Below are positions 28,760-39,602 of a DNA stretch of 64,000 nucleotides, one piece after another (position 1 is the stretch's first letter; every line of letters begins with the position of its first letter). A program made the translations under genes and the position numbers. The notes beneath the pieces are model-generated. The model was not told the DNA's origin. It saw only the letters and a list, made by a program, of their open reading frames with translations, and did no database searches. The stretch is from a bacterium (GTDB lineage Bacteria; Patescibacteriota; Minisyncoccia; Portnoybacterales; GWB1-42-6), in the NCBI GenBank assembly GCA_043800535.1, contig JAZDMV010000002.1, forward strand, positions 11,378 to 75,377, given 5' to 3'.

Positions 28760-29260
28760 TTATTTTTTTGCGGCTATTTCAATACTACCATCAGCTAACC
28801 AATCTTCTACATAATACCGTTTGATATCGCTCGCTTTATTTCCTGTGATCACTATTTTAATCCCTGCGTTTACAATCATCCGCTTGCATAGTCGACACGC
28901 CTCAAATTGAAAATACTCCTCTTCTTTTTCTAAATTCTCGCCGTACACATAAAGAGTTCCGCCGATTGCGTCGCGTCTTGGAACAGAAATAATAACATTT
29001 TGTTCTGCGTGGACACCGTTACATTCATCATATCTTTCCCCAGCAGGAATACCCGCTTTTTGCCGCGGACAAAATCCTTCGTCAACACAATTCTTAGATC
29101 CGCGAGGAGATCCCACATAACCAGTTCCTCTGATTTCGTCTTCATTTACCAAAACCGCGCCATATCGTCTTCTTATACAGGTGCCTCTTTTTGAAACGGC
29201 TTTCGCGATTCCCAAATAATAATTGTCTTTTGACGGCCTTTCCATAGTCGTTACCTCCAT
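28760..29260 (-). CDS. dCMP deaminase family protein
   Basis: HAEQN and C..C zinc motifs, TC.RR..GAV; start at 29260 or 29245. Confidence 0.88.
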   Translation of the reverse strand: MEVTTMERPSKDNYYLGIAKAVSKRGTCIRRRYGAVLVNEDEIRGTGYVGSPRGSKNCVDEGFCPRQKAGIPAGERYDECNGVHAEQNVIISVPRRDAIGGTLYVYGENLEKEEEYFQFEACRLCKRMIVNAGIKIVITGNKASDIKRYYVEDWLADGSIEIAAKK

Positions 29261-29498
29261 ATTAGATTTAAAAAGGACTAATCCTCCTTTTTTGTTATCT
29301 TAACCTATCACGCACAAAAACAAAAAGCAAGGCGGCTCACCTTGCTTTTTTAACAATACGATAATAGATTCTATTACTCCACTTTTATACCCATGCTCCT
29401 GGCTGTTCCCTTCCCGATTTTGTTCAAATCTATGATTTGATAACAAAATCGAGGATCCGCGTCCGCGATCCTTTGGATCGGGACGGGACAATAATTTT

Positions 29499-29921
29499 CT
29501 ATTCAACCTTAATCCCCATAGAACGTGCAGTGCCTTCTATGATCCGCTCCGCCGCGTCAATGTCTTCGGCATTCAGATCTTCCATCTTTTTGGTCGCAAT
29601 CTCGCGAATTTGCGCTTTGGTAACTTTACCGACTTTATCTTTTAACGGATTAGCCGCGCCTTTTTCCACGCCTGCCGCTTTGCGAAGCAGATCGGAAGTC
29701 GGCGGAGTTTTTAATTTAAACTCAAAAGTCCTGTCCTGATAAATAGTTAATTCCACCGGAATGATATCGCCTACTTTATCCTTTGTCGCGTCATTAAAAC
29801 GCGCGCAGAATTCGGCGATATTTATGCCGTGCTGGCCGAGCGCCGGCCCGATCGGCGGGGCGGGATTGGCGGCCCCGGCGGGCACTTGCAGTTTAACTAA
29901 TGCTTTTATAGGTTTTGCCAT
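29499..29921 (-). CDS. rplK: 50S ribosomal protein L11
   Basis: [29 protein letters not shown]. Confidence 0.98.
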   Translation of the reverse strand: MAKPIKALVKLQVPAGAANPAPPIGPALGQHGINIAEFCARFNDATKDKVGDIIPVELTIYQDRTFEFKLKTPPTSDLLRKAAGVEKGAANPLKDKVGKVTKAQIREIATKKMEDLNAEDIDAAERIIEGTARSMGIKVE

Positions 29922-29925
29922 TGTT

Positions 29926-30468
29926 TTATATTTTCTTTATCTGTAAAAAATCTAATTCAACGGGCGTCTCGCGGCCAAACATAGAAACCAGCACCTTGAC
30001 CCTGCCGCGTTCTTCGTCAATTTCAGAAATCTTGCCGTCCGTGTCCTTGAACGGCCCATCCGTTATTTTTACCGGGTCGCCAACCGCCACGTCTATCTTG
30101 AACTTCGGCTCCTCAACACCCATGCGTTTCTGCAGATCGGCGATCTCTTCGGCAGATAGAGGAGTCGGGATGGTGCCTGAACCGATAAAGCCGGTCACGC
30201 GAGGCGTGTTGCGCACAACATACCAGGAGTCGTCCGTCACTATCATTTCAACCAGAACATAGCCGGGGTAAATTTTTTCTTCCACGACTTTGCGCTTGCC
30301 CGCTTTTATTTTAATTTTTTTCTCAACCGGCACAAGAACATTGAAGATCTTATCTTCCATGCCCATTGATTCTATACGCTGTTTCAGGTTTCTGGCGACT
30401 GCCTCTTCATATCCTGAATATGTATGCAGCGCATACCAATTTCTGCCGCGAGATATCTGCTTTGGCAT
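29926..30468 (-). CDS. nusG: Transcription elongation factor NusG
   Basis: [21 protein letters not shown] domain [12 protein letters not shown]; start MPKQ at 30468. Confidence 0.97.
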   Translation of the reverse strand: MPKQISRGRNWYALHTYSGYEEAVARNLKQRIESMGMEDKIFNVLVPVEKKIKIKAGKRKVVEEKIYPGYVLVEMIVTDDSWYVVRNTPRVTGFIGSGTIPTPLSAEEIADLQKRMGVEEPKFKIDVAVGDPVKITDGPFKDTDGKISEIDEERGRVKVLVSMFGRETPVELDFLQIKKI

Positions 30469-30724
30469 GCCAATGTGATTAAAATTTACGAGCACTCAAT
30501 GCGAAGTGTAAGCTTATGCTTGCATCCAGCCCATAAATTTATGGGCTGGATGGTTGCGCAAGGCAACCATTTTACTATCACATTGAGCACCCCGCCCTCT
30601 ATGCCATTTGATAGATTACGGATATTTTTTTGATAATTACCTTATTTGAGATTTTTAAAACTATCCAACAGCTTAGAGGGCGGGGTAAAGGTTTTGTTAT
30701 CCCGCTTAGCGGGAACAAAGCCCT
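30469..30724 (-). ncRNA. Three-hairpin stop-to-start structured element, copy 1 (secE->nusG)
   Basis: TAA|AGGGCTTT..AAAACCTTT-ACCCCGCCCTCTA..TAGAGGGCGGGGT-GCTCAATGT..ACATTGGC|ATG; homologous to 36097-36329; function unknown. Confidence 0.7.
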
Positions 30725-30910
30725 TTACAATACAAATCTACTCAATAACAACTGAAATATATAATCTAATCCGCCCAAAAAAATCGCCACACCCGCCGAG
30801 ACACCAATAACCAATAAAGTGTATTTTATTGTTTCTTGCCGTGTGGGCCAGGTGACCTTTTTTAATTCAACTTTAACTTCTTTTAAGAAGTTAGCGATTT
30901 TTGCAAACAT
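30725..30910 (-). CDS. secE: Preprotein translocase subunit SecE
   Basis: FLKEVKVELKKVTWPTR followed by a TM helix, upstream of nusG. Confidence 0.95.
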   Translation of the reverse strand: MFAKIANFLKEVKVELKKVTWPTRQETIKYTLLVIGVSAGVAIFLGGLDYIFQLLLSRFVL

Positions 30911-31034
30911 ATCTAATCAGTTTCCCAGTTTCGGTTGCTTCGCAACCTTTCAGTTTTTCAGTTAAACTGACAAACTGTTAAACTGACAAACTGACCCATC
31001 TATCTAAAAAGCCCCGCAGGGCTTAATTAAACCC

Positions 31035-31062
31035 ATTATAGCACTTCCTGTTTTGCCGTCAA
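31035..31062 (-). promoter_or_regulatory. Promoter for secE-nusG-rplK
   Basis: TTGACG-N16-TATAAT with TGn extension. Confidence 0.6.
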
Positions 31063-31068
31063 GGGACG

Positions 31069-32172
31069 TTAAGATTCAGTCAAAATTTTATCAATTCTCG
31101 CCTTAATTTTATGCCCCTGACAATGTTTCAATATCCCAAAATATGACTGCAAGGTTTGACCAAAAGACGCTTCAGAGATCAGACCCGTCCGCAAACCTTG
31201 CCGCCTATTTATCATCTTCTTCAGTATTCTCTTTTTAGTTTTTGTCCGCAAAACCCGATAATACGGCAAAACTACATAGCCAAGAAAGTCAATCCCCTGA
31301 CGATACTTTCTGATTATTATTTTATCAGGATGTAAAGTTAATTTCAATCTTTCTTCAAGAAAATCGCTGATCAGCGGAATCAATCCGTTTAAATATTCTT
31401 CGTTTTCGCCCAAAATCACAAAATCATCGCAATAACGCAAATAGTATTTTTCTCTTAATCCGTGCTTAACAAATTGGTCAAGCTCGTTCAAATAGATATT
31501 GGCAAATAGCTGGCTGGTGACATTGCCAAGAGGCAAACCCTTGTTAGGCGATTTTTCAAAGCTTTTGATTATTGCTTCAATCAGCCATAAAATATTTTTC
31601 TCTTTGACTTTCTGCCTGACTAATTCCAACAAAATTTCATGATCAACTGAATCAAAAAACTTTCTAATATCGCATTTTAAAGCAAAAAGATCTTTTGTGT
31701 TATTTTGGCTTAATTTTCCGGCGAATTTTTCCAGTCGGCTGACTGCCCGATGTGTGCCCTTGCCCAAACGGCAAGAATATGAATCAAAGATAAAACTTTT
31801 ATCAAAAATTGGATACAAAACTCTAAATACGGCGTGGTGCAAAACTCTGTCGCGTACGCAAGCTTTGTGAATCCGCCTTGGCTTTGGGTCACATATTGAA
31901 AACGCGGTATAATGGGAGTGACAATAAGCTTTCGCTTTTAATTCATGATGGAGCTTGAATAAATTATCCTCTAAATTAAATTCAAATTCCTGAACGTCCG
32001 GTTTATTGCCTTTGCCTCGCTTAAATTCCCGCCAGGCCAAAAACAAATTTTCCAGCGAAATTATTTGCTCAAAAACTTTCCATCCTTCGGATGGTCGCCC
32101 GAAGGGCAATAACTTTTCACTTTTAACTTTAAACTCATGACTTATAACGCCCCCCCCCAGCGGGTTCAACAA
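31069..32172 (-). CDS. DGR reverse transcriptase (start uncertain; ATG 32194 is in frame only if the G9 tract is G8)
   Basis: K.R.I...RDRVLHHA, SYSCR.GKGTH, CDIRKFF, GLPLGNVTSQLFAN (DGR-type G..SQ), YCDD, GIDFLGY; adjacent TR/VR pair and avd. Confidence 0.95.
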   Translation of the reverse strand: MLNPLGGGVISHEFKVKSEKLLPFGRPSEGWKVFEQIISLENLFLAWREFKRGKGNKPDVQEFEFNLEDNLFKLHHELKAKAYCHSHYTAFSICDPKPRRIHKACVRDRVLHHAVFRVLYPIFDKSFIFDSYSCRLGKGTHRAVSRLEKFAGKLSQNNTKDLFALKCDIRKFFDSVDHEILLELVRQKVKEKNILWLIEAIIKSFEKSPNKGLPLGNVTSQLFANIYLNELDQFVKHGLREKYYLRYCDDFVILGENEEYLNGLIPLISDFLEERLKLTLHPDKIIIRKYRQGIDFLGYVVLPYYRVLRTKTKKRILKKMINRRQGLRTGLISEASFGQTLQSYFGILKHCQGHKIKARIDKILTES

Positions 32173-32506
32173 GTTTGAAGTCCCTGTTTTGCATAGAATT
32201 TTTGAGCTGTATAAATTATTTCACAAATGCCTGATATTATTCCCAAAACAAGAAAAATATACGCTGGGACAAAAAATAGAAAATACGATTTTGGAAACAC
32301 TTGAGCTAACCCTATCGGCAAGCTATTCTAATATCTACAAAAAGGAAATTCTAACAAAAGCAAATAATAAAGTTGACCTTTTGAAATATCTAATCCGGCT
32401 TTCCCACGAGACAGATTCTGTCAAAATCAAAAGTTGTCTGACGCTGGAAGAAATAATCATTGAAATCGGAAAAATGATTGGCGGCTGGCGGCGTTCTCTC
32501 AAATAA
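32137..32506 (+). CDS. avd: DGR accessory variability determinant (Avd, four-helix bundle); ATG 32137 is out of frame at the C9 tract, the ORF track starts it at TTG 32189
   Basis: FPKQEKYTLGQKI, LKYLIRLS and EIGKMIGGW motifs; the typical N-terminal EVPVLH lies upstream of the TTG. Confidence 0.85.
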
Positions 32507-32524
32507 AATTGGCTTTAACTTTGA

Positions 32525-32555
32525 AAAGAAGCCCCGTGTCTTACGGGGCTTCTTT
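32525..32555. terminator. Bidirectional terminator hairpin between avd and TR
   Basis: AAAGAAGCCCCGT-GTCTT-ACGGGGCTTCTTT. Confidence 0.75.
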
Positions 32556-32572
32556 GACTATACTTAGCACTA

Positions 32573-32692
32573 CCGACAAACAAAAGACCGGAAGAATAGT
32601 TGTCGTTCGCGTTGCCCAGATTGCCCCTGTTGTCAAAGTTGAGCCTGTCATCATTGGCCTTGAAGTTAAGCGAATAGTCCGACGACTGTCAA
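32573..32692 (-). ncRNA. DGR template repeat (TR)
   Basis: 120-bp copy of VR; rich in AAC codons in the target frame; all 16 differences fall at TR adenines (minus strand). Confidence 0.95.
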
Positions 32693-32852
32693 TAATTTGT
32701 TCTTTCCCGCCCCAAGCCACCAGAAGAGCATAAACTGCGCTTCTTGTATTTTATTCGGTCCCGGCTGGACCATAGAAAAGGACAAGGAGTGCTATAAATA
32801 TATTCGGCGACCTTGATTTGTTAAAAACCAAGATACATTAGCCTACGAATTT

Positions 32853-32861
32853 ATTATACCA
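32853..32861 (-). promoter_or_regulatory. Extended -10 promoter candidate for the TR-containing RNA
   Basis: TGGTATAAT on the minus strand, about 160 nt upstream of TR. Confidence 0.5.
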
Positions 32862-32871
32862 AAAAAATAAA

Positions 32872-32905
32872 AAGGGCGTAACGTGATACTCATCGTTACG
32901 CCCTT
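32872..32905 (-). terminator. Hairpin 3' of VR (terminator and/or DGR homing hairpin)
   Basis: AAGGGCGTAACG-N10-CGTTACGCCCTT, 30 nt after the target stop, followed by a T-rich tract on the minus strand. Confidence 0.75.
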
Positions 32906-32935
32906 GCAAAGATTCAAAGATCAAGGGACAAAGAA

Positions 32936-33862
32936 TCAACTCCCGACAAACAAAAGACCGGAAGAATAGCTGCCGCTCGCGCCGCCCAGATTGCCCCTGC
33001 TGCCAAAGTAGAGCCCGCCATCATCGGCCACGAAGCAAAGCGAATAGTCCGACGACTGCCAACTTAAAGCCGATAAATCCAATCCTGGCGTGTACCAATC
33101 TCTGGCAAGGACATCTGGATACATCGCCAGTGCGATGGCCGTGTCAAAGCCGCCAGCCATCAGTAAAGATTCCGGAAGATGGAATAATTGTTCCCGGCTT
33201 GCCAGAACAGAAAACCCTTGCAAGGGGTTAGGGAAATAAATCGCGACTACATAGCTCTTTATCATATTAAAAACGAGTTTCTCATGCCGCGTTCCTTCCA
33301 CGATACCCACCTTGCCCTCCAGCTCGTTTTCCCGGTAACTATAAAACTTCCTGCCGGGAAATTGTTTCTCGAAAGAAAATTTAACGGCCGGCAGAAAAAT
33401 CCGTTCCAGGGCCCGACCATAGTCCTCAATGCTTTCCAGCTTCGGCAGGATAATCGGCAGATAAACGCCATTGAGTAAATTGACAATCTTTTTGTTGTCT
33501 TTAATTTGGCCAATCAGCTCGTTGGCTCTGCCTTCGAATTCAGCAACTGACATAAATAGGCCGGGCTTGAAAGCTTCCTGAAAATAGACAAGCCGATTTG
33601 CATAACCATCAATGGTATTCAAGCTCGGCTGGACAAGATAAAATTTCTTGTCCGGATCGCAAACCGCGTTTTTCAAGCCCTTTGCCGGAATTACGCGGCC
33701 GTTTTTGTCCGCGAGCTTCGAAACTCTTTCAATGAGTTTAACTTCAAGCTCGTCCCTCAAAAGTGCATCAAGCTTCTCTTCGTCGCCACCGCAAACCTTG
33801 CTTAAAATAGCGACAATCTGGCCCCCGGTTCGTCCTCTCAAAATTTCTAAAGAGCTTCCCAT
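32936..33862 (-). CDS. DGR target protein with C-terminal variable region
   Basis: GGAGGTG SD before MGSSLEIL; the last ~40 codons are the VR; no signal peptide or TM segment seen. Confidence 0.9.
   Translation of the reverse strand: MGSSLEILRGRTGGQIVAILSKVCGGDEEKLDALLRDELEVKLIERVSKLADKNGRVIPAKGLKNAVCDPDKKFYLVQPSLNTIDGYANRLVYFQEAFKPGLFMSVAEFEGRANELIGQIKDNKKIVNLLNGVYLPIILPKLESIEDYGRALERIFLPAVKFSFEKQFPGRKFYSYRENELEGKVGIVEGTRHEKLVFNMIKSYVVAIYFPNPLQGFSVLASREQLFHLPESLLMAGGFDTAIALAMYPDVLARDWYTPGLDLSALSWQSSDYSLCFVADDGGLYFGSRGNLGGASGSYSSGLLFVGS
32943..33062 (-). repeat. DGR variable repeat (VR)
   Basis: Aligns without gaps to TR 32573-32692; 13 A->G and 3 A->T substitutions. Confidence 0.95.
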
Positions 33863-33963
33863 ATCACACCTCCTGGTTTTGAGCTTTTTATTGCCCAAAA
33901 CATTGGCCTCTTCCCTTGGCCGTTGGGGCTTTTTAAAGCAAAATTAGCATATCACATAAAATA

Positions 33964-36329
<2,366 letters not shown>

Positions 36330-38459
36330 TTATCTTCTAATTCCCCACCCTTTCTCTTCCACTGCCTTAATAATACCCGTCATTAATTCGTTAACTTCTT
36401 TATCTGTTAAGTTCCGCTCGTCGGACTGAAATGTCAGACGGAAAGCAAAACTTTTTTTATTGTCAGCCACGCCTTCGTAAATATCAAAAAGGTCGGTATC
36501 TTGCAGAAGCTGCCCGCCGGCTGTTTCTATGACGTTCAGCACGCTTTCGGTCTTTGTGTCGTTATCTACCAGAACGGCCAGATCGCGCATGATGGCGGGA
36601 TATTTTGAAGGCGGCATATACATTCTTTCCTCCGAGGCGAGCCGCATTACTTTTGCAAAATCAAGCTCAAACGCAGCCACTTTTTCTTTTATTTCGCAGG
36701 ATGACAAAATATCTTGTTTAATTTCTCCGATCCAGCCGACTAATTCATCACCCGATTTAATTTCCGCCACGCGCGACTGATGCAAAAATTCCAGCCACCA
36801 CTGTTTTTGCGCGATGGCGTCATCAAACCATATATCGCCGATTCCCAATTTTGAAAATAAAATTTCGAGCCCGCCTTTGAGCTCCAGCAAGTTTTCTGTT
36901 GGCTTTGCGTTTTTATGACAGACAACCGCCCCGATCTTATTTTCCTCAAAACGCTCCCCTGCTTCTCTCCTGAAAACGTGGCCAATTTCAAAAAGCCGTA
37001 TATTATCAAAAAATTTAATATTTTCTCTTACGTTCTTCAAAAGATTCACAATTAAAGTCGGCCTCAAATATTTCTGGTCCTGTGAAAAAGGGTTTTTTAT
37101 TTCAATGTGGTTTGAAAAGTCAAATATTTTGCGGTCGCTTTCGGAAATAAACGAATAATTATAAACTTCATTCCAGCCGGCGCCAACCAAAATATCTTTT
37201 ATTTTATCTTCATAAATAAGTGACTCTTCGCGCAGGGCCGGGATTAAAATACCTCTTGGGGTATCAATCGGAATTTTGTCATAGCCGACGAGCCGTACCA
37301 CCTCTTCGGCTAGATCTTCCTGAGCCTGCAAGTCAAGCCGGCTTGTCGGGATTGAGGCTTCAATAAAGAGCTTACCGTCTTTTTTAATGATTTTGGATAA
37401 AATACCGAGTTCTTTTAATACTTCTGTCATCTTTTCGTCTTTAATATCTACACCCAGCAGCCCCTGCGCCCAGGCCACATCCATTAATACTTTTCGCAGT
37501 TTAGTTTTTTTCTCACACACATCAATCACTCCACTTGCGACTTTTCCCCCGGCAAATTCAACCATAAGAGACAAAGCACGCTCCAGCGCCTCAATTGTCA
37601 ATTCCGGATCAAGCCCGTTTTCAAAGCGCGTGGAAGCGTCTGTTTTTAAATTAAATGCTTTTCTTGTGCGGCGGATATTTGTCGGCTCAAAATTAGCGGA
37701 TTCAATTGCCACAATCTTTGTCTTTTCATCAATTTCCGGGCCTTCTCCTCCTTTTATGCCGGCGATGCCGATGGCGACTTTTTCATCCGCGATCACTAAA
37801 TTTTGCGGACTCAAATTGTATGATTTGCCTTCAAGCGTCGTAATTTTTTCGCCTTCATTTGCTCTGCGCACAATTATCTTTCCAACCGTGTCATTGCGAG
37901 GAGTCTGCGACGAAGTCTCCCTTTGGGAGATCTCCCGAAGGGAGACAATCCCGAGAACGGCTATGGCGCGAGGCGCCACCTTATCAACGTCAAAGGCATG
38001 CAGCGGCTGGCCGGTTTCCAGCATCACATAATTTGTGATATCAACAATATTTGAGATCGGCCGCAGACCGCATGCTTGCAGCCGCTCCTGGAACCACTTT
38101 GGCGACGGAGCAACCTTTATATCCGTTAAAACACGCATGCTGTAGCGCGGGCACAGGTCCGGCACCTGAACTTCAACCGAAATAAAATCTTTGGCTTTGA
38201 ATTTTTTGTCCTCGGACAGCTTCACTTTTGGGCCTATAAATCCGACACCTGAAATCGCGGCTAACTCCCTGGCAATTCCGATATGCGACATGCAATCATG
38301 CGCGCGGTTTGATAAAATCTTTATGTCCAGCACTGAATCCTGCCCGAATTTTTCGCAGCTTTCCACCTCAAACGCATGCATGGTCAAAAGCTCGACCATT
38401 TTTTCAGGCGCCAGAGATTTTTTTAGATATTCATTTAGCCAGTTGGCGGAAAATTTCAT
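36330..38459 (-). CDS. pheT: Phenylalanine--tRNA ligase beta subunit (short form) with a palindromic insertion
   Basis: NR..C.SHIGIARE, NIVDITNYVMLE.GQPLHAFD, DLAEEV.R..GY, FDX-ACB C-terminus; insert at ~37890-37952. Confidence 0.96.
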   Translation of the reverse strand: MKFSANWLNEYLKKSLAPEKMVELLTMHAFEVESCEKFGQDSVLDIKILSNRAHDCMSHIGIARELAAISGVGFIGPKVKLSEDKKFKAKDFISVEVQVPDLCPRYSMRVLTDIKVAPSPKWFQERLQACGLRPISNIVDITNYVMLETGQPLHAFDVDKVAPRAIAVLGIVSLREISQRETSSQTPRNDTVGKIIVRRANEGEKITTLEGKSYNLSPQNLVIADEKVAIGIAGIKGGEGPEIDEKTKIVAIESANFEPTNIRRTRKAFNLKTDASTRFENGLDPELTIEALERALSLMVEFAGGKVASGVIDVCEKKTKLRKVLMDVAWAQGLLGVDIKDEKMTEVLKELGILSKIIKKDGKLFIEASIPTSRLDLQAQEDLAEEVVRLVGYDKIPIDTPRGILIPALREESLIYEDKIKDILVGAGWNEVYNYSFISESDRKIFDFSNHIEIKNPFSQDQKYLRPTLIVNLLKNVRENIKFFDNIRLFEIGHVFRREAGERFEENKIGAVVCHKNAKPTENLLELKGGLEILFSKLGIGDIWFDDAIAQKQWWLEFLHQSRVAEIKSGDELVGWIGEIKQDILSSCEIKEKVAAFELDFAKVMRLASEERMYMPPSKYPAIMRDLAVLVDNDTKTESVLNVIETAGGQLLQDTDLFDIYEGVADNKKSFAFRLTFQSDERNLTDKEVNELMTGIIKAVEEKGWGIRR

Positions 38460-38460
38460 A

Positions 38461-39465
38461 TTAAAACTGTTTTAAGAAGCGCATGTCGCCAAAATTCAAC
38501 AGCCGGATATCGTTGATCTTATATTTCATCATGACGAGCCGGTCCAGGCCCAAACCAAAAGCAAATCCCTGCCATTCATAAGGGCTGTAGCCGGCGGATC
38601 TAAAAACGAAAGGATGCACCATGCCCGCCCCCGCCATTTCAAGCCAGCCAGTCTGGCCGCAGACACGGCACCCTTTGCCTCCGCAAACAGCGCACGACAT
38701 ATCAACCTCAAAGCTTGGCTCCGTGAATGGGAAATAGCTTGGCCGCAAACGAATTTTGACTTCCTGTCCGTAAAGACGTTTGAAAAATTCAAGCATCACT
38801 GCCTTAAAATTTGCCACGGATATATGTTTGTCAACCATCAGGCCTTCCACCTGATAAAACTGCCAATCGTGAGAAGCGTCGGTTGCGTCGCGCCGGAACA
38901 CGCGACCCGGCACTATTATGCGCAAAGGCGGGTTGTGTTTTTCCATGTAACGCACCTGCATAGGAGAAGTGTGTGCGCGCAGAAGCATTTCATCGCCTAT
39001 CTCAAAAGTGTCCTGCATGTCGCGCGCCGGATGATCTTTGGGAAAATTGAGCGCCTGAAAATTGTAATAATCAGTCTCCATCTCCCGACTATCAATAACC
39101 GAAAATCCCAGCGACTGGAAAATTTCTTCAACCTGCCGCATAACTTGAGTCCTTGGATGTAAGTGCCCCGCCGGCAATTTTTTGCCCGGCGCCGTTATAT
39201 CTATCCACTCCTTAGCCGCCTCAAGCGACTTGCCGAGCTCCTTTCTTTTTTTCTCAATCATTCCGTCAAGCTCGTGTTTCAGCTGATTGGCAAACTTGCC
39301 GACTTTTTGCCGTTCTGCCTCGGCCATATCTTTTAAGCCACGCAAAATTTCCGTAAGTTCGCCCTTACGGCCAAGATACTTTATTTCCAGCTTCTCCAAT
39401 TCCTCTAGGTTTTTGACGCCAAGCACTTCTTTAAGCGCCGCGTCTCTTAGCTCTTTTAAATTCAT
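38461..39465 (-). CDS. pheS: Phenylalanine--tRNA ligase alpha subunit
   Basis: GHLHP, HPARDMQDTF, HTSPMQ, FPFTEPS and GFAFGLG.DR motifs; start MNLKE. Confidence 0.97.
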   Translation of the reverse strand: MNLKELRDAALKEVLGVKNLEELEKLEIKYLGRKGELTEILRGLKDMAEAERQKVGKFANQLKHELDGMIEKKRKELGKSLEAAKEWIDITAPGKKLPAGHLHPRTQVMRQVEEIFQSLGFSVIDSREMETDYYNFQALNFPKDHPARDMQDTFEIGDEMLLRAHTSPMQVRYMEKHNPPLRIIVPGRVFRRDATDASHDWQFYQVEGLMVDKHISVANFKAVMLEFFKRLYGQEVKIRLRPSYFPFTEPSFEVDMSCAVCGGKGCRVCGQTGWLEMAGAGMVHPFVFRSAGYSPYEWQGFAFGLGLDRLVMMKYKINDIRLLNFGDMRFLKQF

Positions 39466-39478
39466 GCCAGATACTTTA

Positions 39479-39602
39479 TCATTGCGAGCAAAGCGAAACA
39501 ATCCCGTAGTTTTTGCTACATGCCACGGAATTGTCTCCCTTCGGGGGATCTCTCGAAGGGAGACCGCGTCGCCCCGATTAAGTCGGGACTCCTCGCAATG
39601 AC
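39479..39602. repeat. GTCATTGCGA-family palindromic element with nested hairpin, upstream of pheS
   Basis: TCATTGCGAG..CTCGCAATGAC; nested GTCTCCCTTyGGGrGATCTCyCGAAGGGAGAC also occurs in pheT. Confidence 0.85.

Larger units (their letters stand above)
31069..33862 (-). mobile_element. Diversity-generating retroelement cassette (target/VR - TR - inverted avd - RT)
   Basis: All core components lie within 2.8 kb, with adenine-specific TR/VR mismatches. Confidence 0.95.

Noticed and set aside
31069-32172. RT as a group II intron, retron or CRISPR-associated RT
   Set aside because: No long maturase/endonuclease extension or cas genes; the G..SQ motif, adjacent avd and A-specific TR/VR pair identify a DGR.
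32509-32733. 74-aa ORF over the TR
   Set aside because: It is the antisense reading of the template repeat and has no independent coding evidence.
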